A stretch of DNA of 61,663 nucleotides, the filler included, from Choristocarpus tenellus KU-1152 (lineage: Eukaryota; Protista; Phaeophyceae): the NCBI GenBank assembly GCA_964200185.2. It is 7 parts of 7 records of this genome, joined end to end, with 100 filler letters (N's around TTAATTAATTAA, not from the genome) between each part and the next. Parts side by side here need not be neighbours in the genome. Positions count along the whole stretch, not along the records: positions 22,187 to 31,284 come from CAXNAD020003985.1; positions 31,385 to 35,195 come from CAXNAD020017794.1; positions 35,296 to 46,693 come from CAXNAD020002338.1; 4 more parts are not named here. The stretch is one strand, 5' to 3'. Positions 25,301-38,700 of this stretch are shown in pieces (position 1 is the first letter of the stretch; every line of letters begins with the position of its first letter). The notes beneath the pieces are model-generated. The model was given only the letters and a program-made list of their open reading frames with translations. It made no database searches and had not been told where the DNA came from. A program made the position numbers and the translations under genes.

Positions 25301-28300
25301 GATGGGCACACGGAGGGAATGATAATGGTCATGGCGGATCGCAACAGTCTCCCGCAATATACCCCGTATTCCAGTGCTTGCGAACTCTGCAACTCACCGC
25401 CTAGGCGGTGTAATTGCGCCATCCACGGGTGGGGCACAATGAGTGCGATGGTGCCCTGAGGATATATCTTCATCCGCAAGCACTTAAGCACCTGGCGCAA
25501 GCGTGTGTTGGTCGCCTCTTCGTTGTTGAGGAGTCTTGGCTCGGCGGCAATGGACACTATGGCGAGCTTTGGCGCATTGCGGAAGGCGAACTTTTTCAGG
25601 CGGTCTAAGGGTACCGTAGGGTTGAGGGGGCGAAGGTCGTGTAGTACCGTGTTCTCACTCCTGCTTGGACATCATGACACACGACACAGTAGACAGACAG
25701 CACGACAAGAAGGACAGCGTAGTAAGCTACGGTGCAGGCAACCTTTTCATTAAGTGAGGTCCTGACAATATTTCCATGGCATCTCCAAAATGTCAAGTCG
25801 TACCCTCCACAACGCCAGACTCATCAGATACATCTCGTGGAAGGAGGGTAGACGTCAAAACACAAAGTTCCATGGCCCATGGAAACCTCCAAAAAAACGA
25901 CACGTCCAAGGCACAAAAGACAAGCAATCCACATAATGTACAAGCAGCCAAGACCTATGTGCAAACCAACGCGAAAACAAATACGCAGAGATGACTTGTA
26001 TGTCCGTATAATGTGCAACCACGCCGAGACCCACATGCACTTCTCCATGTCCGCCGTTTCGCTGCGTGAGGGGGGAAGTAAAAGGCTTTGCCTCGTGGGT
26101 GACCCGCCCGCGCTCCTTGCGTGAGTCTTACCCTTGCCCCTGCCCCTGCCCCGACCCGCTGCTTCGTTCCCTACCGATCCAGACCCTTCACTGCCCTCCT
26201 GTGCCATTGGGCAATTGATATATAATCGATCCTTGTTCCTCTTGTCGTCTATAATCTCCACGTAGGCACATTCGCCCATATGCATGATGGAGCACTTTGG
26301 GCATGAATATCTGTCGCGCGTGTCATTGAATCAGAGCGTTAAACAGACAGGACAGTATTTTTCCAGATCATAAATTAGGCGCAACAACGCAACGCGGGGA
26401 TCCACGGTTATGAAGGACTATGAAATTGGCCGCGCAAAACAGCACGAAGTAGTACAGGTGAGATACAACAGTCGGTGATGTACATGCATTAACACACAAT
26501 CGGACAGTGGCAAATAAAGAGACGTGGGGGTAATGACCGCAGCGCCACACATAGAGGGACCCCGCAACATACCATCGGTTCAATGGCGTGCGCCGCTGAA
26601 AAGATACAACGTATCTATCCGTTCGGAGGATTGGATGGAAACCAATCTTACGCCATTAATTACACTCCATCCTCATGTGCACCGTTACAACTACATTACT
26701 CACCGAGATGTGGGTGGAGGATTGCATTCAGTAGAGCAAACGCCCGTGTTCCACCCTCCATGGCCGTTTTGTTCTTCTTCTGCACCAGGAACACTGCCAA
26801 CAGAACCCCCTTCGCCCGTATCCTCCCTGTCTGGCTGTCCGTTCCCTCCCTCGTCTTCGTCCCCTCCTTTGCGTTTGTCCCCTCCCTCGCCTCCATCCCC
26901 TCCTTGGTGTTCACGCCCTCCTCATCTTCTTTCTCACAGCCATCTGATGCCGATCCGTTGTTGCTCTCAACTTCTGCGCCACCGCCATCACAGCCCCGCC
27001 CGATGTGAACCTGGTGGAGGTTGACCTGGTTGAGTGCATCCTGGTATTTCCCATCCCAGGTGGTGAGGTAAGCGCGTAAAGTCGAGTCCTTCTCGAGAAT
27101 CTAGTGGTGGACACGGCGGAGGATGTTGTTGAGGAGAGGAGGGGACGATGGTGACATCAAAAATGTGATAGTGTAATGGAAGTGCGATAGCATGGAGGAG
27201 CGAACAGAGCAAGTGATACGGTTGACATGGTGAACGTGTTTAAAGGAGGCGGCTTGCGGGGCGAAATAGTTCGAAATAAGTCCATGTCGAGGACGCCAGT
27301 CTGTATGTAGGTTTTTTCAGTGACGCGTGTTGGAGACAGAAACGAGGTGGAGATTGACCAAGATCATTGTCTACAGTTGAATGAAACGATTGGCTATTCC
27401 CGCTATTAGCAACGAAAGACTAGAACTGACAAAACAGCAACGCATGTGGTAGGGAAGGCAACTCTGTCGCTCATGATGATGACGAAGACCCACCACCAAT
27501 CCTACCATCATCAACTATTTTTTTCGGTACAAGCCATTTCAGCTGTAATTACGAACACAGGAGGCACACTCACGGCTCTGACCCGTTGCAGAGGTTTCAT
27601 TCCGACTACCGTGGAGATGTTTGCCCTCAGTTGGCGGACGGGCCCCGCCTGTTGGTCGCCAGATGAAACCTTCTGCAAAAGTTGGGCCACCTCCCTCTTC
27701 CTTTCCTCGTAGTGGGGCTTGACTCAGAGGTCGTGCATACTGCACTTCTCGTATGCGAGCCTGTCCATTTCCCTGGCAGCCCATGCATCATCCACGTAAC
27801 GTCCGGAATTCAGAGCGGTTTTGCAACAATCAATAAGTGCGGTGCAGAAAAAGACGCTGACGGTGTATTTTACCATTCAGGGGCGCATGGCGACGTAAGG
27901 GTGCACAGGAGATACGGAAAAGGCAAAGAAAGATAACCGCTGCAACTGCACCATTTACCAACCTTTGGAGCTCTGGTGTCCACTTCTCCTTGGGCACAAT
28001 CTGCCTGGTGCGCAAGATAACCATCTCAGACATGTGCGCGTCCGATTTGATGTCCTTGTGGTCCTTCACCGTAGGAGCCTTCCCGTAAAACGACTTGTAC
28101 CTGTTAAAATAGAATTGCCACGAAGGACGTCAAGGAGAACAATGCACAGGTTATGAAGAGGAAAGGGTCGCCACTGCAGCAAATATTCATTACTCGATTG
28201 TCGTACTTCCTACAAGACAAGAGCGCACATGCACAGGAAACTCACACTGTAGAATTACCAGAATACTACGAAGGGATTTTCGTTCGACACAACAATGGCC

Positions 28301-30033
28301 GACTAAATTCTTCATCGCAAGAGACACTTATTTCACGCTCCTGTGCAATGTGCTGCGACCTGCATAAACTGCGCTTACTGCTGTCTACCCGATAAAATAC
28401 AGTGGCGTTTTGATTTGCCTAGCAAGCAGGTGGATGCATAGCCCCTGCTTGAGAGAAGTGAAGCCGGCAAACTCCTCGCTCATCAGATAGTTTAGTGTGA
28501 CTGCGTTGCGGTCAATCTGTGGTGACAAGGTCTCACACACTTCCTTCAGTACCTCAAAGGACTCTGTTCGAAGGGACTTTATGCCTTGCTGCCAGTTTCG
28601 TAGAGTTGTTTTCGCCGGGGGAGTAACGCCCACCTTCGCGATGGGCAGAAAACGGAAAATATTGTGCACCCAGCCAGCGAGGATGAGGCATCGTTATTAC
28701 CAGGCCAACGCGGTATGTATGTGTGTGGGGGGCGGGGGGGGCGGGGGGGGCGGGGGGGGGGGTTCAGGCAACACCGTCGATAATACAATCAAGGATGCTT
28801 TTATTGCACGTCTGTGGTTAACCACACATACATACTACATGGTCACCCGAAATTCAATAGGTTGGTTGACAGGGTATCTAAACGCTTGATAACTATCTCA
28901 ACTTACGTTGAATAGCAGGACACAGAGAGATCTCGCAACAACTGCAACCCAACTAGAGGAGGAGTAGAGCGCAACCATCCCACCAATGTCGACAACTCTC
29001 TCACCTTTTTGTACATTTTTCAGATCTCAGCTAGTGACACTTCTTTTTTCTTCGTCTGTTGCTTGATAGCTTCTTGGAGCTCGTGTTGAAAATATATCTT
29101 ATTGTATAACGTGCGCTCAACAACACTCTCGGTTGCGTCATTGAATGCTATAAGCACGGCGTTGCAGTGGGCGAACAGGACAAGGGTCAGGTGGGGAGCG
29201 GTCGCGGGACACACGTGACCTGCGGCACTGAGAAACATGTTGCTGTGGACAGGAATACCACGGGGGATAAAAAAGATGAGCAACGAAAAGATCCACAATG
29301 GGCTGACTGACAATGAACTTAGCAAAGGAAACTCGGAAACAACATCGTATATCAGAATAGTCATCAGGCGATCATGGAACAACGAAAACACTCAACTTAC
29401 TTCGGTGCTTAGTTGATCAGAATGGTAAGGCGATCATGGAACAACGTCATGATTATCAACTTACTTTGTTGCTTACATGATGGTAATAGTCATCAGGCGA
29501 ACATGGATCAACGAGAACGCTCAACTTACTTTATTGCTTAGTTGATCAGAACGGTCAGGCGATTATGGAACAACGAAAACACTCCATCACCCACCGTTGG
29601 CAATTAGCCTCTCTTCTGCTTGGTTGAACTCCATGTAGATCCGCATGGTGAAAGCGCGCTCGGGATCAAACTCTCTCTTCAGTACCGTTATTCTATGGTT
29701 TCTGTCCAGTACACGCCCTTCAATGGCAAGCACAGTTTCGGCGTTGAGCTGATCCACATTACCTAAACAGTCTCGCTGGATGACAACACTTGGAGCAAAC
29801 TGATCCAGCCAGCCTTTCTCCTTCATAGACTTTCTCACGTGCGCAAGGCCACGCTCGCTTAAAGGATGCACCGTCTCTGTGCATGTGACGTTTGTGAGTT
29901 TCATCTTGTACGAGCCGAGGTAGTGATGCTCTAGGAGCTGGGACATGCCCTTCAGATTGCTGTCCCATGTTCTCGATCCGTGGGCAGCGCCAGCAGCGGG
30001 CGGGTGGGTTGTTGTGGAGGGAATGTTGGACAT
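22372..30033 (-). pseudogene. Multi-exon ParB/Srx-like + Cys/His finger + degenerate N6/N4 DNA-methylase fold + SET-like fusion gene (disrupted)
   Basis: Exon 30033-29595 encodes HPLSERGLAHVRKSMKEKGW...VLDRNHRITVLK (ParB-like DGxHR). Further exons lie at ~29148-29004, ~28633-28419, 28100-27963, ~27772-27609, ~27020-26750 (acidic) and ~26370-25985 (CPVC..CPKC..H..C). Exons 25604-25398, 24886-24580 and 24295-24115 splice in frame to give PMRALHFLVNR|YTNAGDTVV...VEAALERSRRVEVF. Then 23729-~23525 and ~23175-22372 (SET-like segment and acidic tail). In-frame stops and frameshifts are present. Confidence 0.7.
29350..29585. repeat. Imperfect ~60-65-bp tandem repeat x4 in intron 1 of the ParB-fusion gene
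   Basis: AGGCGATCATGGAACAACG...CAACTTACTT..TGCTTA recurs; the fourth unit is partial. Confidence 0.85.
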
Positions 30034-30789
30034 GGCGAAGACTGGGAGGGTATGATGGGGATGGATAAGTAAGGGGTCTGCGTGGTATCTACGGAAGGGA
30101 ATGAATTGAAATGAGGACTGAGGGATGGGAGATGCTATTTTATTTCATCTGGTCTGTCGATCCTCAAAACTCAGATTTCACCATTTTTATGAGAATTGTG
30201 TTATAAAAAATACGAATATCAAACAGCATACGATTTCATATTGAACTGGGACAGCGAGTACATGTATTTTTGTGACCTTTTCATTTCGTACGTTTCAAAC
30301 GTATTAGATCAATGAAGGATGTGATTTGTATCTGTATTTTTGATATAAAGATTAGAATATCATTCTAACTTTGGAAAAACCCTAATGCACGTGTTTTGGG
30401 TGTTCAACGGTAAACAAGATCCGCTTTTTTGTGGTCTCTAGTGTTTATTTAAATATTAAAGACCACCAAAAAGCGGATTAAGTATTTAAATAAATAGTGG
30501 GTACCAGTTGGAAGTGTTCTTTTAGTTTCTGAAAATTGGAAACGTGTGAGACCCATAAAGTGCGTTCTTGGTATTTTAAAAAACCCTAAGAACGGTTATT
30601 ACTGAATTTACTATTTAAAAAAACCCTAAAGAACGTGTAAAGTGGATCTTCAGTATTCTAGATCCGCACGGATCTGTTTTACCCAAAGAACCTCTTTTTA
30701 TCGCCTCTACAGTTTATAACAATCTATATGTCCGATTTGGTAAGGTTTTGTACTTCAAATATGTAGAGGGTTAGAGTTGTTTTTTGACG

Positions 30790-31201
30790 TTTTGGTTACT
30801 GTAAATTGGAAACATACAAGATCAATTAAGTACGTGATTGGTATCTTAAAAAATAAAAATCACTGATATAATTGGATTTATTAAAAATAGAAATCACGGA
30901 TATAATCTGCTTTACAACTTCCGAAAATGTAACGCACGGAATTTCAGGATCATGGATCTCAGGGTGGTCCCACTGATCGCCCGAGGATCAAACAATGTTG
31001 GTTTCGGAAGATTGAAAATGTACAAGATCAATTAAGTATGTGATTGGTATCTTAAAAAATGTAAATCACTGATATAATTGGATTTATTAAAAATAGAAAT
31101 CACGGATATAATCTGATTTACAACTTCCGAAAAATGTAACGCACGGATTTTCAGGATCATGGACCTCAGGGTTATCCCACTGATCGCCCGAGGCTCAAAT
31201 A
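30790..31201. repeat. Tandem duplication, 206-bp period
   Basis: TACAAGATCAATTAAGTAYGTGATTGG...CCCACTGATCGCCCGAGG starts at 30815 and at 31021, in an AT-rich region upstream of the ParB-fusion ATG. Confidence 0.92.
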
Positions 31202-32866
31202 AAGTTCATACGCTCGTCTTCGAATCTAATCATCCCTACACCTTCTCACTGCCCAAGACCGCCTGTTGCTCGAAAAGACCATGCNNNNNNNNNNNNNNNN
31301 NNNNNNNNNNNNNNNNNNNNNNNNNNNNTTAATTAATTAANNNNNNNNNNNNNNNNNNNNNNNNNNNNNNNNNNNNNNNNNNNNGTGAAAAATGGACGCT
31401 AAAAGCCCCCCCCCAGATACTTTGACCCAGCAAGAGTTTCCACAATCTTGGGAAGGCAGTACCCCTCCTCTACAACACTAGGGCTGGGAGTGTGGAGAAG
31501 ACAGGCATTACGAAGTAGTCTTTTTCCTTGTTAAGCTGTACTTTATGCTTCAAGTGACATTTTTGTCTGAGTTACTGCTCTAACCATGCAAATTACACTA
31601 TCTGTAAGCAATGATGTAGATTCTCCCCTTTGTGCTGCTGTGGATGTAGTGATTAGTTTACACTTTCATTTTGAAATTATGTTTTGTATCCAGTACCTAC
31701 ATGTTGCTGCCTTAATAAAGAGCCAAAACATTAATACCTTAGAGTTTTTTTTCTAGTCTAAAATATTTCCTTGCTAGATTTTGTTGTCTTTGAAGTAATG
31801 GAGAAGTTTCTCTAATATACCATTCCAGCCCCGCTTCCGAAAGAGTCAGTGTGTGCCCCTTGCAGCATTGTCAATTACTTTGTAGTTGTGGAGACCTTCC
31901 AAGTAAAACTGGAACCCCTGGGAACCTACTCGCTGTATCCATGAGGGGTACATTGTGAGCTCCCAATGTGATAGCCTCAGAACATTTAATGATAGGAGGG
32001 GATGTGCGTCACCATTAGCGTGTCTATTTTCATGTTCTTGATGAATACAATATAATTGACATCCTTGATTGCAACAGGGTGTTATAAAATCTGCACCAAT
32101 ATTTATACTACATCGCAGGTGTTGATGCTGGCAGAAAAGTGATGGAAATACACATAATCTTTGGGAGTGAGGTAAACGCAAAATGCTGTCAGCAGTTTTC
32201 CTTGCAGCCAGTTGCACCATCTTGTTGACTAACCTTGCCCAAGGCTTGTGTAGATTGTGACACTGAACTGCACTACAGTCATGCTCGTTCGATGACTTCT
32301 ATGAACTAGGTCCTGATATGATCTTCTTATGTTCTGTCTTGAGATCATGCTGAGGACAAACTGCACAAAGTAGTATGTAAATGTTACTTTGGTGGTACAA
32401 ATTTGCAATCTGGAATATCTTTTGCCTTTTCAAGCCTTCACATTTACTTGTTTGTCCATTTTGACCCAAACATGCTACAGGGCTTAGTGTTCTAACCAAT
32501 AGAAAAAGCTGCTTGGACAAATTATTACTAAAATGTGCTTTGCACAACTTGAGATCTTCTTTCAAACAGTTTATTTTTTCCCCTTTTAATTACTTAAAAG
32601 GTCCTTCCACTTTGACAAATTGATCAAAAGAAGCACTCTTACAAAGTGGTGCCCGACTTTATGTCCCTGTTGAATGCTAGATTTTCCCTGTGCTTACAGG
32701 TAAACCTTGTCTGATATTTCACACGACCCAGGCACCCATCGGTCCACAAGGCGGTTGTGTGGTCACACCAAGTATATTGCAGTCCTCTAGCAATCTTGAG
32801 GTGACATATAATCTGTTTTGTTTTGTTCAATCTCCTGTCTTATTTTCTAATGTGTAAAAATGATAG

Positions 32867-33018
32867 CTACTGTCGGACTTGAAGACCCTGCGCATGTTGC
32901 TGGACTACCTCTTTCGCTATGACGCGGTGACATTCTACCAGCTATTGCTCTCGGAGAGGGCCAAGGCAGCTGAAGATCGAGATCCCCCACTCTGGCTTGG
33001 TACTGCTGGAGCCGACAG
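32867..33018 (+). CDS. ERCC4: Internal exon of the DNA repair endonuclease XPF/ERCC4 (Rad1/UVH1)
   Basis: An AG...GT-bounded exon reads LLSDLKTLRMLLDYLFRYDAVTFYQLL...LWL, matching the conserved XPF segment (LVxDLKxLRxLLxYLxxYDxVTF). It is absent from the ORF track, and I found no other XPF exons on this contig. Confidence 0.82.
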
Positions 33019-33959
33019 GTGAGAAGGAGGGAATGAATACATATATGTATGTATGTCAATATGGAGGGTCTATTGGCACCCCCAAAATCTTTTGACATGA
33101 AATGTCTGATGCCCTCCTAGTATGTAAGCAGCATTTACAGCAATGTCCATGTTGTGTTGTTTAAGAGCTCACTAAACTATGATGGTAACAGCGAACATAT
33201 TGACAACTGTTGTTATTGGCTGTTTCACAGAGTATTAGTAGATGTCAAGGTCTTTTGACCTGGGCAACTTGGTACAATAATGTTGTACCATAGGGCAGAG
33301 TGAGCTGGTTGGATGACAGTTATCTATCATAGACTGGTTATCTATGTTGGCAGTGGACTTATGAGTAGCTGTAAGGTTAGCTTTCCAGAGTGGTGCTAGG
33401 TCTCTCTTGCTCTCTCTTTCTCCCCCACAACTCCAATAATTTATCAAGCTCTTACATCACAATATATTACCTCTACCACAGACCAGTGATTATCCTAGGA
33501 GGTGGTAAAGTGTACCACCTTTCCAGATAGATTGCTCTCTAGTATGAAATTCAAGGAAGCTGAAATTCCTTACTTGACTGTGATATGTTTGCAAGTATTA
33601 TTACACATGTAGGAATGCTCAAAGCTGAGGTAGTCAATATGCATACCACTCAGTGACATTTGCACACCACAAAATCAGAGTTGAATATCTTTGCCACAGC
33701 TTCAAATAAGGTACGTATGATTCAAGCAAACGGGTTGTGAAAACACAATACATCTGCTCCTTTTTAAAGGGTTGGTAAAAGTCTTTGTGATGATTTGAAC
33801 ACATGTTAATTCATTAGATTTTGTGCCACAAGGTATATCGAGTTATTGGGTCGATACATAAATCTCCTACAAATCAAAATGAATCAATCAATATGTCACC
33901 CTGCAAAGAACTTTACAAACAGGAGGGCTTATTGCTTGAAATTGAACCCTGACAAAGTG

Positions 33960-35115
33960 AAGAACAAGGAATAGCTCCTGCGCCACCCTGCCAGTTTTCA
34001 TATTTGCAACTGATGAGAGCTGTAAGTATATATCTGTGTCTTTTGTTGACCTGAATCAACGTGTGATCCAACCTGGGAATGACTTGCACATTTCCATGGA
34101 CATACTAGTTGTACACCAATCAAGAGTTTTATGGTCCATGCTCCACAATTTGAATGATTCTATGCAAGAATATATATGTAATGAAGTACTCCTGAGTACA
34201 TGTAATTGGAACATGAAACTAGGACCACACTGATGGCCTTGGTGAGAGGATTCCATATCCTATGTTGAAATTTATGTTTTGATAGGAAATTGAATGTTTG
34301 GGGCGTACTAGTCCTAATTCTTTCCGAAATGACACCTGGAAGAGACTTAAGCCTTACAAATGTTTTGGTTGGTGTATAGTTCTGCCCATCTCCAGGAATA
34401 GACCTATTTTTGGAGGGTAGTTCATTGTCAATGTGTGCTGCATGAAATAGAGCTGCATGTGTGCGGAGATCAGATGCCATGGCACAATACGTAAGAGTAC
34501 TGCCCGGTGATTGAAACAAAAATGTGGATGTAGAGGAGATTTGTGTCATTCTTTGGTTTTGTGATCCAGTACAAGTCCAGAACCCATGTCTACGAGGTGT
34601 ACCCATTTCTACTTTGTTTTCTTTAATTTGCAGAGCCCATGCTGCAAGGTCCAGAGCGGTAGATGTGTGCCTACAGGTTACTAGTGCGCCACTCAAGTCA
34701 GCGCACAGCTGTTGTTCAGAGCAAAACCCTTTGAATCTCTTTTGTTCCCTGAGAAAGCAGGAACAATGAGTGGTGTATATGCAGTTTTAGCTTTCCGAAA
34801 CTAGTCTCAAAACGGAGATTAGTGGTCAATTTCCTCATACTGAAGGCTACCAAGACGACCATCAATACCCCCCCTGTGCCAACGGTTTTCACACTTTGGA
34901 CAACTTAATGCTCAACACTAGCGTTGCCATAAAAACGCTCAGTCAAATTCGGTGCGTAATATCCGTCATGGGCACAGCGCTCAGGATTTTTTTCTCTGCA
35001 ATGTCCATTGCCAGAACCACTTCCTCTCAACTATTTGTCCAGGGTAATGCTGAGGGTCATTTCCTCTTCAAGATCCATTCTTCAAGTCAGCGCTCACCAC
35101 CTATGACATCTTTCT
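33960..35115 (-). mobile_element. Highly degenerate pogo/Fot1-like transposase remnant
   Basis: The minus strand near 35090-34890 reads (L)EEWILKR...EEVV...FM...LSIKLSKV, resembling a CENP-B/Tc5 HTH. Many stops and frameshifts. Confidence 0.35.
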
Positions 35116-35702
35116 AATTTACAACCTAGGAACATATGTGATGATGCTTCAAACATTGTGCAAGCATGTGGCAGGCTCAAAATATCTGGGGGGGGNNNNN
35201 NNNNNNNNNNNNNNNNNNNNNNNNNNNNNNNNNNNNNNNTTAATTAATTAANNNNNNNNNNNNNNNNNNNNNNNNNNNNNNNNNNNNNNNNNNNNCCTCC
35301 CAGATACTTTGGGTCAAAGACAATTTGGGCCTCCTAAGGCAACATGTGGACAGTGGCAGGGATTGATTATATAGGTTTGGGTTCTCCATCTCAAGGGGGC
35401 AATGTCTGGATCAAAATAATGGATGCGGAAAGGGGTGTATATTGACACAACAAAAGTGAGCAGTAGTCGGTATTCTCCTCAAACTTCTTGTTATGAATAT
35501 GGAGGGGGCCTACAAGGACAACTAAGGCAATGGTGCCACAGGTATATATATTGAAGTGTTGAGTTAGTCGGATTATATCCTTACAAGAAACAGACTCTAT
35601 ATAGAGAGCACTCATGGGTATACTCTCACTGCACTCAGCAATACTGTGCCTGGCCTATCAAATTCGACCTGAAACTCGAATCAAAACCTCCATTGAATGC
35701 AG

Positions 35703-38700
35703 GGATTTGACCGTCCTGCTGCTACCTCCCCTTTCAAGCACCGTGGGCGTCACTTTGACCGGGAGCTTTGCATTGAGCAAAGCGTTTTTCAGCTCTGCCC
35801 CAGCAAACACAACCTACGACCTGGGAATATCATCACCCTTGAGTTGTTTCAGGTTCGAGCAGGGTGCCAAAGGGTCATCATTGTGGCCCATTGTAACATA
35901 AGCACTGCTATTAATGCCTAGCCTAGGCATGTTCACAGTCTTACAATATCATGCCGTGCCACAGGTGCCTGATTCGTTGTATGACCAGAACTGGCAACAG
36001 TAGCAGACCGTCTACATTCTATTGACCTAGCTTTCCATGTGCCAACGGTTCGCCATGGCCTCTTATGGATGGTGCTTGTACTTGTATCAGCTCTATATTT
36101 TATGTAGGATGCTGTTCATTGTGACATAGGGAAGGGCTTGTGGTGTAGCCTGAAGTATTGCATTACGAGGAGTCTACTTTCCTGGTTTTGACCTCAATAG
36201 TCTTAGCAAGTGGACAACCAAATATATCCAATACTGTTCCATGAGTATGTGACACCTGAGAATTGGGAATCACTATAGGACTACCGATTATCCAACTGGT
36301 GAGTTGTGATCCATCAAGTATGACACAGAAATAATAGATGAGAGGTGATTGTTAACTGGAGCTCCATTAATTCTTAGACCTTGCCTTCTTCTCCCCCTTT
36401 CCTCCCAATCGGATGCTCTGCTCTGTCACAATGATCCCATTGCCATTGGAATCAAGCTTTCCGGGCCGAAATGTTCACAGGATCGAGTGGTTGCCTGGGC
36501 TGTCCTCCCCATGGCAGATTCACAGCTCAGGGTGATACAGGCATGCCTCCGTTGTACTTGTTCCATTCTTTGCCCACTCATCAGGCACACCGGCCTCTTT
36601 ATTTCGATACCTCAGCCAAATATACAGTGTAACCCTCGCTGATGAAACACAACGGGAGAGTTTTTTTTTTGCTCTACTGCATGCATGCCCAAGTTCAACT
36701 CGAACGTACGGGGTGTGGATGCAACGAGAGTCTGGAACTTTGTCAACCTCTGTTAAAGCCATTCCAAGATTGATGAGATGCAGAAATTCGAAGGGCAAAT
36801 GTACCCCCTTGGCTCAAAGTGACACAATGATACCAAAAATAGTAGTAAGGTCAACTATTAGCACTGTTGAGAGCAAAGTTTGTAGTGAGGAAATGTATTT
36901 AATGAGAAACATAATTATCTGCTGTTCTATTGATGTAAATACTGTCATTTGCATTATGTCCTCTACCCCTCCGCCTGTTTGTTATCAATCTTGGCGTGAT
37001 TTGTCAACCAATCTCATTTGCACAACACCCACAGTACCAGGGCCTCTATCCTTTCGCTTGGATTCCCAGAAATCCAACCGCCCACACACTATCCCTACCT
37101 CTACCCCTTACTGATGATATGTTGGATGTAACATGTGGGATCTCTGTTGGTCCTCCCCTTCCTACTGCTCTTGCAGGGAAGCTATCGCATCCCAGTGATG
37201 AGGGGAGAGCCGGACCCAAGGATCACTCTACACTCCACCCTGGAAAGGATGATATCTGAGGACCTTGGAATCTGGCTGGGCAATCTGTATCTGGAGGTCC
37301 GTTGCCTGCCTAGGGAGATGTACAAGGTGAGCTTACTTGCTGATGTTCGAATTTTTGCCTCGAGGGGCTAAGTTCTCCGGTGATTTGGGTCATTGATTAT
37401 TACTCTTTGGCCGCAAATAGCGCGTAAACAAACATAGTGTATTCTTGGCCATATGACAGCAGATTTCAGTCAAAATATGGCCCTCCCTGAGAGAATCATT
37501 TACCGTGTTGTCTCCAACTATAAAAACTCCTTCGGGTCGTTTTGGACTCCTTCAGTCAAAAGTCATTTTCACATTGATTCGCCACACAGTTAACCAAATG
37601 AATAGACCTTGTGACTGCTAGTGTTTGCCTCCAATCAATCTCTGGCTACACTATATGTCTTGACTCTAGACAGCATTGGTATGTGTGTGTGACTCCAAGA
37701 AGGTGGGTGGGATACTCTTTCAGGACAGGACAGTGTTTTGTGTCCTATTGCTGTGTGAGTGGAATTTAAGGCAGCAAACATTAAGGACTGAGTTGGTAGT
37801 CTGCTATGGGACCTAAAAAGTTGTCAGTTTATAGCTGAGTGCCCCTCAAACAATCCTTGAAAAAACTAAACAAAATGCACTTTGGTATGTTTTTCGGTGG
37901 GAGGGATTTCTCAAGTGTGTGTCCCACACGTTTTAAAGGGAAAATCAGCACACTCCAGCTCTTGCAGCAAAAAATTCTCATTCCGGGTATACTAGGCGTG
38001 ACCAAGGTGAACAGCTTAGGATCAAAATGTGTCAACAGAAAAACAACCTTCATGTAAAAAAAGAGGGGTATTGCAGCTGTTGCTTTTCCAGGGTTCCAGT
38101 GTCTCCAATTATACCATGGTCATTGTCCAGGCATGATTAAAGAGTTCATAGGGACTGACTCCTACAAAAGAACCATATAAAGAGTATTGTTCTCAAATAC
38201 ACAAAATTACTGCAGCCATTCCTACCTCACATTAATCCTCAACAACCATATCTAGTGCTATGCAAATTCGTTCAATTGCATTTCTAGTACAAATCCCTTC
38301 ACAAAAATTGAGCCAGAACAGCATTATTGAGATGTAGATTTGATATAGTAGTACCTATTGTCAGGTTGTCTTTCCATACTCAAACTACTATGTATGTTAT
38401 TGATATATTCTATGCTGTGACTACTGATGTGGGATATGCTTTAGCAGTAAGTATGGGAGAAACAGCGCTCTTCTCTCCCGATCTCACCTCTACATCTGTC
38501 TCAGGGTGGTCTCCATCACAAGGAGCACGACATAGAATTCGATCATGTAAATAAGCTCCTAAACCTAGGCGACCTAAATCGCACCAACAAGGACAACGTA
38601 GACCCCCCTCACAGCCGAAGGGAATGTGATACCCTGCCAGCCAGCACTTCACCCTACATCAAAGGGGACACTGGGACAAAGGACCTTGTTGCACAGCATG

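Noticed and set aside
28726-28762. Poly-G tract (G-quadruplex potential; poly-Gly ORF 28497-28889)
   Set aside because: An intronic low-complexity run; the + strand ORF is antisense to an exon.
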